DNA from: an uncultured Candidatus Saccharibacteria bacterium
GTDB lineage: Bacteria; Patescibacteriota; Minisyncoccia; Phycocordibacterales; UBA9973
Assembly: GCA_964565825.1 (NCBI GenBank)
Contig: CAZMGK010000005.1
Coordinates: forward strand, 1 to 63,266
Direction of reading: 5' to 3'
DNA length: 63,266 bases
Shown: positions 54,274 through 63,098 of the stretch, one piece after another
Position numbering within the stretch: the stretch's first letter is position 1
How the letters are laid out: each line of letters opens with the position of its first letter
Made by a program: the position numbers and the translations under genes
Notes under the pieces: model-generated
Database searches by the model: none
What the model saw: the letters and a program-made list of their open reading frames with translations, nothing else
Told to the model about the DNA's origin: nothing

Positions 54274-54292
54274 TAAAAATGAACTAAGCGAA

Positions 54293-54323
54293 AAAAAACA
54301 TCGACCCACGTCGATGTTTTTTT
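54293..54323. terminator. Bidirectional hairpin terminator
   Basis: A-run, acatcgac-ccac-gtcgatgt, T-run, between 53875..54273 (+) and lysS (-). Confidence 0.7.
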
Positions 54324-54335
54324 AATTCCTATTTT

Positions 54336-55796
54336 TTATTCCTTCGGCTTCATCAGTGGAAATAGTTGTGTTTCGCGGATTGGTTTGTCTACAAAGAATG
54401 AGAAGAGTCGTTCACCAAATCCAAATCCACATGTTGGTGGTATGCCGTGTTCGAGCATATCAACGAATTCCCATTCTGGTTGCATTGCTTCTTCATCGCC
54501 ACTTTCGATAAGTTTTTGTTGAAGTTCAAAACGAGCACGTTGATCTATTGGGTCATTGAGTTCAGAGAATCCGTTCCCTACTTCTGAACCAGCGAGGAGC
54601 ACTTGGAAACGTTCAGTCAGTCTTCCATCATCAGTACACGCTTTTGCAAGCGGAGACACGAGCTTTGGTACACGAACGAGAAATGCTGGACCAGAAATAG
54701 ACTTACGGCAATATTTCCAGAGCGTGTCAGTCAGACGCTCGCGGTTCTCTCCGGTGTATTGTACACCGAGCTCAGCAAGCTTTTGTTTCATTTCAATTTC
54801 TGTTGCGTCGAGCACATTGATACCGGTACGACTTTCTATCTCACCAACATAGTCAACTTTCTTCCATTCATCTGCAAGATCAAAGGTGTGTCCACGAGTA
54901 GTGAATTTTGTTGTACCAAAAACTTCAGTTGCAATCTTTCTATATAATTCTTCTACTAATTTCATACCCATTTCATAGTCGGCATAACCCCAGTAAAATT
55001 CCATATTGGTAAATTCTTGCAAGTGATCAGGACTCGTTCCTTCATTTCTATACACACGGCCGATTTCAAAAGTCTTGTCGAATCCTGCTGACATCAAGCG
55101 TTTCTGCCAGAGTTCTCCAACAGAGATACGCATAAACACATCCATGTCGAAATCTTTGTGATAGGTCTTGAACGGATTTGCTTCTGCTCCACCTGTGGTG
55201 ACTTCAATCGTCGGTGTTTCAACATCTAAAAATCCTTTCTCTTTCATAAAAGTGCGAGTGACTTCCCAGAATTTTGATTTTTTGTAGAACATATCCTTGA
55301 GCTCCGGATCCATCAAGATATCGAGATATCGCTTTCGGTAACGTTCATCAGCATCGGTAATCCCCGCCCATTTTTCTGGAAGTGGAGCGAGTGTTTTAGT
55401 GAGCATGTTCCAATCAGTCACGAGGATTGTTTTTTGTCCGCGGTTGGTGATGAAAACGGTACCAGTGACTTCAATAAAGTCTCCGATATCTACTGTATTG
55501 AAAAAGAGATCAAAGATAGTTGCTTCTGTCGGCTCGTCTTTTTTCAAAAGCATTTGGAATGTTTCTGTACCGTCAGAAAAGTTCGCAAAAATGAGCGCAC
55601 CTTGTGCACGAAGTGACATAACACGTCCTGAGAGAGTGACTACTTTTTGAGCACTTTCAAGAGTGTCAAAATCAGCTAAAGCCTGCGCAATAGTATGGGT
55701 GCGGTTGGTACGGCTTGGATACGGGTTCTTTCCAGCTTGTTTCAATAATTCAATTTTTTTGAGACGCACATCGCGTATTTCTTCAAGTGAGGCCAT
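54336..55796 (-). CDS. lysS: Lysine--tRNA ligase (class II)
   Basis: OB-fold N-terminus, FEIGRVYRNEGTSPDHLQEFTNMEFYW (motif 2 region) and GFGFGERL (motif 3). Confidence 0.93.
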   Translation of the reverse strand: MASLEEIRDVRLKKIELLKQAGKNPYPSRTNRTHTIAQALADFDTLESAQKVVTLSGRVMSLRAQGALIFANFSDGTETFQMLLKKDEPTEATIFDLFFNTVDIGDFIEVTGTVFITNRGQKTILVTDWNMLTKTLAPLPEKWAGITDADERYRKRYLDILMDPELKDMFYKKSKFWEVTRTFMKEKGFLDVETPTIEVTTGGAEANPFKTYHKDFDMDVFMRISVGELWQKRLMSAGFDKTFEIGRVYRNEGTSPDHLQEFTNMEFYWGYADYEMGMKLVEELYRKIATEVFGTTKFTTRGHTFDLADEWKKVDYVGEIESRTGINVLDATEIEMKQKLAELGVQYTGENRERLTDTLWKYCRKSISGPAFLVRVPKLVSPLAKACTDDGRLTERFQVLLAGSEVGNGFSELNDPIDQRARFELQQKLIESGDEEAMQPEWEFVDMLEHGIPPTCGFGFGERLFSFFVDKPIRETQLFPLMKPKE

Positions 55797-55886
55797 AAGC
55801 TAGTTTATAGTTGTTAGTTTTAAGTTTTTAGTAAAATTTAGATTCATGAAAAGAGTATAGCATAAAATGTACAACAAAATAAAACA

Positions 55887-55919
55887 AAAGGTCGGGCGTG
55901 CTTTGCACGCCCGACCTTT
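55887..55919. terminator. 15-bp hairpin terminator after greA
   Basis: aaaggtcgggcgtgc-ttt-gcacgcccgaccttt. Confidence 0.75.
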
Positions 55920-55948
55920 ACTCGTATCTCTAATCTTAAATCTCTAAT

Positions 55949-56416
55949 CTATTTAAGATCCAATACTTCGTACTCCACAACACCTTTTGGTGTTGTCACT
56001 TTGACCATATCGCCTTTCTTGCAACCAATAATTGCAGACCCAAGTGGTGAATTATTTGAAATTTTGTTTTCTGAAATATCAGCTTCTTCTGAACCAACGA
56101 TAGTGTACACACTCTTTTCTTTTTGCCCTTTCTTTTGAAGTGTCACTTCACAACCAACAGAAACGACTGTTTTTTGATGACTGGTCACAAGAACAGAATC
56201 TCTCAGAATAAGTTCAATTTGATTGATGCGTTCTTCGAGACGTGCTTGTTCTTCACGAGCATTATGATATTCGGCATTTTCTGACAAATCCCCAAGAGAT
56301 CGAGCAAATTGAAGCGCCTCAAGAATAACTTGTCTTTGTGGACCCTTGAGATCAATTAATTCTGCTTCAAGTTCTTGCTTTTTTTCAGAAGATATATATT
56401 GTTTATTATTTTCCAT
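55949..56416 (-). CDS. greA: Transcription elongation factor GreA
   Basis: Coiled-coil N-terminus (ARSLGDLSENAEYHNAREEQ) and a C-terminal FKBP-like domain (SPLGSAIIGCKKGD). Confidence 0.92.
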   Translation of the reverse strand: MENNKQYISSEKKQELEAELIDLKGPQRQVILEALQFARSLGDLSENAEYHNAREEQARLEERINQIELILRDSVLVTSHQKTVVSVGCEVTLQKKGQKEKSVYTIVGSEEADISENKISNNSPLGSAIIGCKKGDMVKVTTPKGVVEYEVLDLK

Positions 56417-56561
56417 ATGTTGAGTGTATCATACAGGTAAATAATAGAAAAATCAATGTTCCACATAGCCTAACCAAAAACCAACCGTGACCAGCATTAT
56501 AATCTGTCACACAAATTTGAAATTGAGTTTTATGTATTTTCATGCTAGAATAATCTGGTAT

Positions 56562-56632
56562 TACCCAGTCGTCTAATGGTAGGACATTTGGTTTTGGTCC
56601 AAAGAATTGAGGTTCGAGTCCTTGCTGGGTAG
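56562..56632 (+). tRNA. tRNA-Gln(UUG), CCA not encoded
   Basis: TACCCAG-TC-GTCT-AATGGTA-GGAC-A-TTTGG-TTTTGGT-CCAAA-GAAT-TGAGG-TTCGAGT-CCTTG-CTGGGTA-G. The U1-A72 pair and G73 are typical of tRNA-Gln. TGCTAGAAT lies upstream. Confidence 0.88.
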
Positions 56633-56678
56633 CAAAAGAAAAAAGCGTCTTGCGACGCTTTTTTCTTTTGCTACCCAG
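56625..56678. terminator. 25-bp perfect hairpin containing the tRNA-Gln 3' acceptor strand
   Basis: ctgggtagcaaaagaaaaaagcgtc-ttgc-gacgcttttttcttttgctacccag. Confidence 0.75.
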
Positions 56679-56912
56679 AATGAGTGAAAGGCTTCACTCA
56701 TAGCAAGGACTCGAAGTACCCTGAGTATATCGCACGGAGCTTTGCGAGTACGATACGAAGGGTGTACAGCTCCTGTAAGGAGAGAGACTCCTTGCTGGCT
56801 CATTCTTTTCAATGTTTCGAAGTTTCGAAAAGGTGTACTGTTCGTGTAACGAAAGAGTCCTTTTAATGTCTGCGCATATTGCATCAACTTAACTTAATGC
56901 TTTTTAAAATTT

Positions 56913-56948
56913 AAAAAGGCAGAAAGTAAAATACATTCTGCCTTTTTT
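56913..56948. terminator. Hairpin terminator after 56952..57269 (-)
   Basis: aaaaaggcagaa...ttctgccttttt. Confidence 0.6.
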
Positions 56949-56951
56949 ATT

Positions 56952-57269
56952 CTACCCCTCCCACACCACATCCCAAAAATCTTTCACGTACCCTTTTTCG
57001 TCTATCTCAATTCCCTCTTGTTTGTAGAGCTTTTTTCTTTTGCCGTCTACCTCATTACTGGTCCAGACTTTACCATCACTATAGACAATCCGATGAAATG
57101 GAATATCCTTGATACCACTCTCATAGGCTTTGCCTAAAATAGAGGTAATACTTCGTGCGGCCATTTTGCCACCTTGAGCCAACTCGGCGATGGTTCCATA
57201 CGTTGTCACACGACCCTTTGGAATTGCTCGTGCAATCTCGATAACTCGTTTTGAAAAGAGGCCATTCAT
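56952..57269 (-). CDS. MGMT-fold DNA-binding protein lacking the acceptor cysteine (alkyltransferase-like)
   Basis: IPKGRVTTYGTIAELAQ...IPFHRIV, where Phe replaces the Cys of the PCHRV motif. Confidence 0.7.
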   Translation of the reverse strand: MNGLFSKRVIEIARAIPKGRVTTYGTIAELAQGGKMAARSITSILGKAYESGIKDIPFHRIVYSDGKVWTSNEVDGKRKKLYKQEGIEIDEKGYVKDFWDVVWEG

Positions 57270-57375
57270 ACCTAAAGTATACTACAAAAAAGAGGTGCAA
57301 AAAGTTATTGACATAGTCATAGTCAAGGTGTACAGTTAGACGAAACCTCATTTAAAACAATTAAACTCTTTCCTC

Positions 57376-57798
57376 ATGAAAACACATGCATACAAAACCG
57401 TAGGAAATGTACTCCTCCTCTTTGCCTCGATCGCAATTTTCTCTTTTACACTTTTGCTTTTACCCAGAGAGAATCTCTATCCATACATACTCATCATATC
57501 AATGGTTGGCATCATTACTGCTCAGCATCGAATTCTCAAGACCATGACATCAATCCTACACATGGAACAAAATACTGTGTATAAATACTACGGCGAAACA
57601 GATGGTGAAAATATTATTCTTTCTAGACTAAAGAAAGATGGTACGTATGAAGACGGTATTTATAGCAAAAAAAATATCGAGTGGTTTGAAGGTCCAATCC
57701 TCGGCGCTACGTATATTTACGAAAAAAGTAAGAAAGGAAGATATTTTTTATTCTTACACATACTCGAAGAAAAAATAGAACAAGAAAACAACCAATAA
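57376..57798 (+). CDS. Hypothetical membrane protein (140 aa)
   Basis: Two N-terminal TM helices and no recognisable family. Confidence 0.5.
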   Translation: MKTHAYKTVGNVLLLFASIAIFSFTLLLLPRENLYPYILIISMVGIITAQHRILKTMTSILHMEQNTVYKYYGETDGENIILSRLKKDGTYEDGIYSKKNIEWFEGPILGATYIYEKSKKGRYFLFLHILEEKIEQENNQ

Positions 57799-57834
57799 TA
57801 TACTTTCCAAAAACCATTTCTAAAAAAATTAATC

Positions 57835-58380
57835 ATGCGAACCCCTCTACTCAGAAAACCAAACCCAGAAACACTGTATGCAAAAAAAATTTATCGGTAT
57901 AATGAACAAAATGAGACGACTATTTCCTTAAGTGAAATAGAGATACAAAAGGTTCATAACAACGAACGGACTCGCACTGTACGCCATGAAATACATCGAG
58001 GTGTCTATCCAAAAAGTTCAGTACAGCTACCTGATGCTATGACTGTCGGAAAACTCTACACATGCACTAGATCAAATGGAGCACTCTCTCTTGTTGTCTA
58101 CAGGGCGAAGAGAGGAAAGAAAAAACTTCACTCAAGAACGATACTCATCGTACTCGGATACACGGGAATCTTTCTCTTTGGTCTCCTTTTTATTATCTTG
58201 CTTAATTATCAATTTGCGCAAGAAGCAATGAAGAAAGACGTTGTCATCTGTTCAATTGGATTTTTTACTCTTGGAGTCATCTGCTTTGCCATTGGTAAAA
58301 CCATGGAACACAAACAACACACACAAGAAAGAGAAATCAATACCAGCATCGAAGCACTCGGTACAGAAGTTGCACAATAA
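57835..58380 (+). CDS. Hypothetical membrane protein (181 aa)
   Basis: Soluble N-terminal part followed by two TM helices. A terminator follows. Confidence 0.5.
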   Translation: MRTPLLRKPNPETLYAKKIYRYNEQNETTISLSEIEIQKVHNNERTRTVRHEIHRGVYPKSSVQLPDAMTVGKLYTCTRSNGALSLVVYRAKRGKKKLHSRTILIVLGYTGIFLFGLLFIILLNYQFAQEAMKKDVVICSIGFFTLGVICFAIGKTMEHKQHTQEREINTSIEALGTEVAQ

Positions 58381-58396
58381 CAGTTAGAAAAAAAAT

Positions 58397-58426
58397 AAAG
58401 CCACCCTCACAAAGGGTGGTTTTTTT
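58397..58426 (+). terminator. Hairpin terminator
   Basis: aaagccaccct-cacaa-agggtggttttttt. Confidence 0.7.
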
Positions 58427-58491
58427 ATTGCCCTCATTCCAATACAAAAAATATGAAAATACAAGTTTCTGTGCTATAGTGCAATGCATAT

Positions 58492-59955
58492 ATGTCGTCT
58501 GAAACTATCATTCGTTTTGAAAACGTATCATTTGAATATGGCCACAACAAGCCCATCCTCGAGGAGGTGGATTTTGCGATTCGTCGTGGTGCAAAGATAA
58601 CACTCATGGGTCAAAACGGTGCTGGTAAAAGTAGTCTCTTTGGACTCATCACAGGGATGAATAAACCAGAAGATGGAGAAATCCATATCGACAGGAAAAC
58701 GAGTATCGCCATTTCCAGACAAGTCATTCCACGCGACCAACTCACGCTCACTGTCCGAGAATTCTTTGAAAAGTGTTTCGCTAAAAAAGTTTATGATATC
58801 GATCCACGTATCGACGAAGTCCTCGAGGTTGTCCATTTGCGTGGACACGAAGAAGTGCACGACCGTATTGTCGGATCTTTTTCTGGTGGTCAGCAAGCTC
58901 GCCTCCTCCTTGCATCTGCACTTATTCAAAATCCTGACATTCTCCTTCTCGATGAACCAACCAACAACCTCGACAAAGCTGGTATCAATCACCTCACAGA
59001 CTTCCTCAAAGACTACAAAAAAACAGTTTTAGTTATTTCCCATGATGCAGACTTTTTAAATGCGTTTACTGAAGGGGTCCTCTACCTCGACATCTACACA
59101 CGTAAAGTTGAATACTATGTCGGAAACTATTTTGACGTGATTAAAAACATCGAAGCGCAGAAAGAAAAAGAAAATAGAAAAAATGCTCAGCTTGCAAAAG
59201 AGATCCAAGCAAAAAAAGACAAGTCCAACGAATTTGCCCACAAAGGAGGACGACTTCGTCTCGTTGCAAAAAGAATGAAAGACTTGGCCGAAGAGCTCGA
59301 AGAAGAAATGGTGGATGTTCGAAAAGAAGACAAGACCATCAAAGCATTTAAAATCCCCTCTCAGCCAGAATTCACTGGAGAGATTGCAAAAATTACAGAA
59401 ATCTCTGTGCTTAAGAATTTCAAACCAGTTAAAAAGAAATTAGAACTCTCCCTTCGTAGAAATAGTCACATCCTTCTCTCTGGTCCAAATGGTATCGGAA
59501 AAACAACACTCCTTGAATCACTCGCAACAGGTAAGGCACCAGGACTCTTTATTGATCCTGAAATCCGCGTCGGCTACTACAGACAAGATTTCTCAACACT
59601 CAACTTTGACGACACTGTCTACAAATCTCTCGCCGCTGTCATGCCAGTACTCGATGAACAGCGTATGCGTGCAACCGCTGCTGCCTTTCTCATCACTGGT
59701 GATATGGTCTATACAAAAATCGGCTCTCTTTCTGAAGGACAGAAAGGGCTCGTTGCATTCGCACGACTCGTCCTCCAAAAACCAGGACTCCTCATTCTCG
59801 ATGAGCCAACAAACCATATCAACTTCCGCCATATTCCAGTCATCGCAAAAGCACTCAATGAGTACGATGGTGCAATGATCCTCGTCTCTCACGTTCATGA
59901 GTTCGTAGAACAAATTCGCATGGACGAAACAATCGATCTTGGTTTACTTCACTAA
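58492..59955 (+). CDS. ABC-F family ATPase (two ABC domains, no TM domain)
   Basis: Walker A motifs GQNGAGKS and GPNGIGKT. Signature motifs FSGGQQARLLLA and LSEGQKGLVAFA. A charged linker separates the domains. Confidence 0.85.
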   Translation: MSSETIIRFENVSFEYGHNKPILEEVDFAIRRGAKITLMGQNGAGKSSLFGLITGMNKPEDGEIHIDRKTSIAISRQVIPRDQLTLTVREFFEKCFAKKVYDIDPRIDEVLEVVHLRGHEEVHDRIVGSFSGGQQARLLLASALIQNPDILLLDEPTNNLDKAGINHLTDFLKDYKKTVLVISHDADFLNAFTEGVLYLDIYTRKVEYYVGNYFDVIKNIEAQKEKENRKNAQLAKEIQAKKDKSNEFAHKGGRLRLVAKRMKDLAEELEEEMVDVRKEDKTIKAFKIPSQPEFTGEIAKITEISVLKNFKPVKKKLELSLRRNSHILLSGPNGIGKTTLLESLATGKAPGLFIDPEIRVGYYRQDFSTLNFDDTVYKSLAAVMPVLDEQRMRATAAAFLITGDMVYTKIGSLSEGQKGLVAFARLVLQKPGLLILDEPTNHINFRHIPVIAKALNEYDGAMILVSHVHEFVEQIRMDETIDLGLLH

Positions 59956-59963
59956 AAAAAATA

Positions 59964-60007
59964 TTTACATAAAACCAGCACTCTTAAAAGTGCTGGTTTT
60001 ATGTAAA
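59964..60007 (+). terminator. 19-bp hairpin terminator after the ABC-F gene
   Basis: tttacataaaaccagcact-cttaaa-agtgctggttttatgtaaa. Confidence 0.75.
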
Positions 60008-60071
60008 TGAATAGATTAAAAGATTTTCAGATACTCATGCTAGAAATACCACTATATCAAAAACAAAAAGT

Positions 60072-60111
60072 ACCTTGTGACAAATTTAGCGGTCGCGGAA
60101 TTTGTCACAAG
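60072..60111. promoter_or_regulatory. 40-nt palindrome (copy downstream of the PaaX-like gene)
   Basis: ccttgtgacaaatt-tagcggtcgcgg-aatttgtcacaagg, related to 60697..60738. Confidence 0.55.
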
Positions 60112-60181
60112 GAGTACACCCAACACATTAATACTCTACCCTAGATTATTGCAACCTAGAAATATACAAGTACTCCACTCC

Positions 60182-60673
60182 TTATATTCCCTGTTTCTCT
60201 GAATAAGGTAGTGCGAGTTTAAACTTTTTAACACAATGGGCTAAGTCCAGGCTCTTTACGTACTCTACAAATTCCTTAGGTAGTGGATCAGGTCCCACCC
60301 AAACACTTTTTTGAATCATCACATAGCCAAACTTTTTTAAATGCCATCGGAACCAATCACGTTCTGCTTTTTTATTATCAGGAATATCGAACATCACGAT
60401 AAGATTTTTATTTTTGGAAATTTCACCCTTTGGGTTAAATTTTTTGAGAGAAGCAATTTTTTTCTGCACATAATCACGGCCTTGAGGAAGCAATTGAACA
60501 CTATTTGCTGTTTTTTCTACATATCCATATTTCTCAAGTCGATACAGAGCTTGCCTAACTGAGTCAGGTGAATATTTTTTAAAACGTGGAATACCAAAGA
60601 TATTAACACTAACCCCTTTGTAGTTCAATTCCGTATTCCAAAGCTCATGACAGATATCTTCGATAATAGACAT
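60182..60673 (-). CDS. PaaX-like regulator (wHTH + Cas2/VapD-fold C-terminal domain)
   Basis: N-terminus reads VRQALYRLEKYGYVEK. The C-terminus reads LIVMFDIPDNKKAERDWFRWHLKKFGYVMIQKSVWVGP. TGATACAAT lies 6 nt before the ATG. Confidence 0.65.
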   Translation of the reverse strand: MSIIEDICHELWNTELNYKGVSVNIFGIPRFKKYSPDSVRQALYRLEKYGYVEKTANSVQLLPQGRDYVQKKIASLKKFNPKGEISKNKNLIVMFDIPDNKKAERDWFRWHLKKFGYVMIQKSVWVGPDPLPKEFVEYVKSLDLAHCVKKFKLALPYSEKQGI

Positions 60674-60696
60674 TGTTACATTGTATCATTCGTATT

Positions 60697-60738
60697 CTTC
60701 TGTGACAAATTCCGCGGTCGCGGAATTTGTCACAGAAG
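60697..60738. promoter_or_regulatory. 42-nt palindrome immediately upstream of the PaaX-like promoter (probable operator)
   Basis: cttctgtgacaaattccgcg-gt-cgcggaatttgtcacagaag. It lies in the -35 region relative to the -10 at 60680..60685. Confidence 0.6.
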
Positions 60739-60882
60739 ACAACACACTATTGCATACTCTTACTAGGTACTTTTATAGTAGGTACTTTTAAAAATAGTAA
60801 CCGTCATAAACATAAGGGTAATACTGGTAAAAAACAAGTAGAATAATTAGTAAAAACACTTTAAATTTGATTTAATAGAAAG

Positions 60883-61908
60883 ATGGAATACACAACAGGA
60901 GAAAATCATGGAAAATTTTCAGTTTTTATTGCACTTCTCGGCAATGCATTTGTCACCACACTCAAAGTAATCACTGCAACTATTACAGGCTCAACAACAA
61001 TGTTTGCAGAAAGTGTCCACTCTCTCGCTGATACACTCAATCAATCACTCCTCCTCATCGGACTCAATCGATCAAAAAAACCAGCGGACCATGCTCGTGG
61101 GTATGGCTACGGTATTGAACGGTTTTTCTGGTCACTTATTTCAGCATGTGGAATTCTCTTCATTGGAGCAGGGGTAACCATCTATCATTCAATAGTATCG
61201 CTTTTAAATACAGGAACACACCACAAAGCAGGTGGAATGTTGAGCATAGTTATTCTCCTTATCGCACTTATTGTCGAAAGTATAACACTCTACATAGCGG
61301 TCAAAAGTATTCAAAAAAGTGCACAAGATAAACACAAATTCTCATGGGCGATGTTTGCCGAAGCTGATCCGATCACACTTGCTATTGTGTATGAAGATGG
61401 AGCAGCAGTACTTGGTGTACTCGTCGCACTTTTGGCGCAGTATATTAGCGTCCTCACAGGAAACCATGTTTATGATGCGATTGGTGGAATACTCATCGGT
61501 CTTATTCTTGGGACCCTTGCAATAGTACTTATTATAAAAAATTACGTCTATATTATCGGTAAACCACTCAATGAAAAGGTGCAGAAGAAAATAATTCAAT
61601 TCCTCCACGAAGACGCGTGTATCGAACACGTCATTGATTTTAAATCTGTCGCAGTGGATATCGGTAAATACAGAATCTACACGACAGTTGAATGGAACGG
61701 AACACCACTCTACGAAGAGATCTACGATGACGGAGAACTCAAAGAAGAGTTTGAATACATCCGTGATGATTTTGGTGAATTTACAAAGCTCATGTTCAAA
61801 ACAACGGACCGTATTCCACGCCTCATTGGTAAACATATCGATATGCTCGAAAAACAAATCATAGAGAAATTTCCTGAGGTTGCGTATTTGGATATTGAGA
61901 TAAATTAA
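60883..61908 (+). CDS. Cation diffusion facilitator family transporter
   Basis: Six TM helices, HSLADTLNQ in TM2, and a C-terminal cytoplasmic domain. Confidence 0.8.
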   Translation: MEYTTGENHGKFSVFIALLGNAFVTTLKVITATITGSTTMFAESVHSLADTLNQSLLLIGLNRSKKPADHARGYGYGIERFFWSLISACGILFIGAGVTIYHSIVSLLNTGTHHKAGGMLSIVILLIALIVESITLYIAVKSIQKSAQDKHKFSWAMFAEADPITLAIVYEDGAAVLGVLVALLAQYISVLTGNHVYDAIGGILIGLILGTLAIVLIIKNYVYIIGKPLNEKVQKKIIQFLHEDACIEHVIDFKSVAVDIGKYRIYTTVEWNGTPLYEEIYDDGELKEEFEYIRDDFGEFTKLMFKTTDRIPRLIGKHIDMLEKQIIEKFPEVAYLDIEIN

Positions 61909-61949
61909 TACTAGTTAGTAGGTAGTAGTAAGTAGAAAGTAGTTAGTAG

Positions 61950-61984
61950 AAACAGTGTGCGGGACTTCGTCCCGCACACTGTTT
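61950..61984. terminator. Bidirectional 15-bp hairpin terminator
   Basis: aaacagtgtgcgggac-ttc-gtcccgcacactgttt between the CDF gene (+) and dnaX (-). Confidence 0.75.
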
Positions 61985-62006
61985 TTAAAATTTTAGATAT
62001 CAAAAA

Positions 62007-63098
62007 TTATTTTTCTTCCAATATATCTACCACAGCGAGTTCGAGCGGAAGGGTTTTGAGAAATGAATTACGAGATTCGAGATATGCGGTCATCAAACGT
62101 GACAATGTCTTTGACTGCACGAGTGGTGAGTTTAATTTTTCAAGCTCTGTGACGATCATATCTCGGCTGGTCTTTGTCGTATCAGTTTTTTTACTCGTAT
62201 GAATAAAACGACGCAGGAGTAAGTCACGCATAATGCTGATAATTTCTTTCAAGAAAAACGGCATATTAAAATCATTTTTTTCTATTTCTACAAATGCCGT
62301 TGAGAGAGACTCTGTATCTTTTTCCAAGAGTGCTCGTAGAAAATTATGAATAAGCACGCGTCGTGGTAAACGTAGAAGTGTCTCTACATCTTCAGTATCA
62401 ATCTTTTTTCCTTTTGCATTGGTGAGAACTTTTTGGAGACTTCCGAGCATATCACGAAATGATCCATCCCCTGTTTCGGCAATAAGCGTCGCTTGTTCTT
62501 CACTGAGAGTAAAACCTTCTTTTTTTGCGACAGTGATTGCATTTTCAGTAAGCACTTCGACAGTTGGACTCTCAAGTGTATACACCTGACAACGAGACAC
62601 GATTGTTTCTGGAACTTTTTCTATTTCAGTAGTGGCTAAGATAAAGATAACATGAGCCGGCGGTTCTTCTAAAGTTTTCAAAAGTGCATTGAACGCTTCT
62701 TTCGTAAGCATATGCACCTCGTCAATAATATAGAGTTTGTATTTTGATTCAAATGGTAGTGTACGGACAGCATCACGGAGGTCACGAATATCATCAATAC
62801 CACGATTTGAAGCAGCATCTATCTCAATCACATCCAAACTAGTACCTCTACCAATTGAAATACATGCATCACAGAGCAAACAAGGTTCTATATGCCCATC
62901 CATTTTTTGCCTATCAGAACAACAAAGTGACTTTGCCCAAATTCTGGCACTCGAAGTCTTTCCTGCACCTCGAATACCTGTTAACAATACAGCATGCGGT
63001 TGCTGCTTTGCTTCCAACAATCCCCAAAGTGTCTCGCGCACCTCTTTCAAATCAAGGTCAGCAATCTTTTGCGGACGGTAAGTCAGATAATAAGCCAT
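62007..63098 (-). CDS. dnaX: DNA polymerase III subunit gamma/tau (short, 363 aa)
   Basis: LLTGIRGAGKTSSARIWAKSLCC (Walker A plus zinc module), IIDEVHML and SRCQ. Confidence 0.9.
   Translation of the reverse strand: MAYYLTYRPQKIADLDLKEVRETLWGLLEAKQQPHAVLLTGIRGAGKTSSARIWAKSLCCSDRQKMDGHIEPCLLCDACISIGRGTSLDVIEIDAASNRGIDDIRDLRDAVRTLPFESKYKLYIIDEVHMLTKEAFNALLKTLEEPPAHVIFILATTEIEKVPETIVSRCQVYTLESPTVEVLTENAITVAKKEGFTLSEEQATLIAETGDGSFRDMLGSLQKVLTNAKGKKIDTEDVETLLRLPRRVLIHNFLRALLEKDTESLSTAFVEIEKNDFNMPFFLKEIISIMRDLLLRRFIHTSKKTDTTKTSRDMIVTELEKLNSPLVQSKTLSRLMTAYLESRNSFLKTLPLELAVVDILEEK

Noticed and set aside
56573-56887. Track ORF of 104 aa on the - strand
   Set aside because: It overlaps tRNA-Gln and its 25-bp hairpin, and reads through palindromic sequence. 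I treat it as non-coding.
61911-61950. TAG/TAA-rich block ctagttagtaggtagtagtaagtagaaagtagttagtaga after the CDF gene
   Set aside because: It places stops in all three frames, but it is a short purine-rich simple sequence just before a terminator. I see no evidence for function beyond chance or low complexity.
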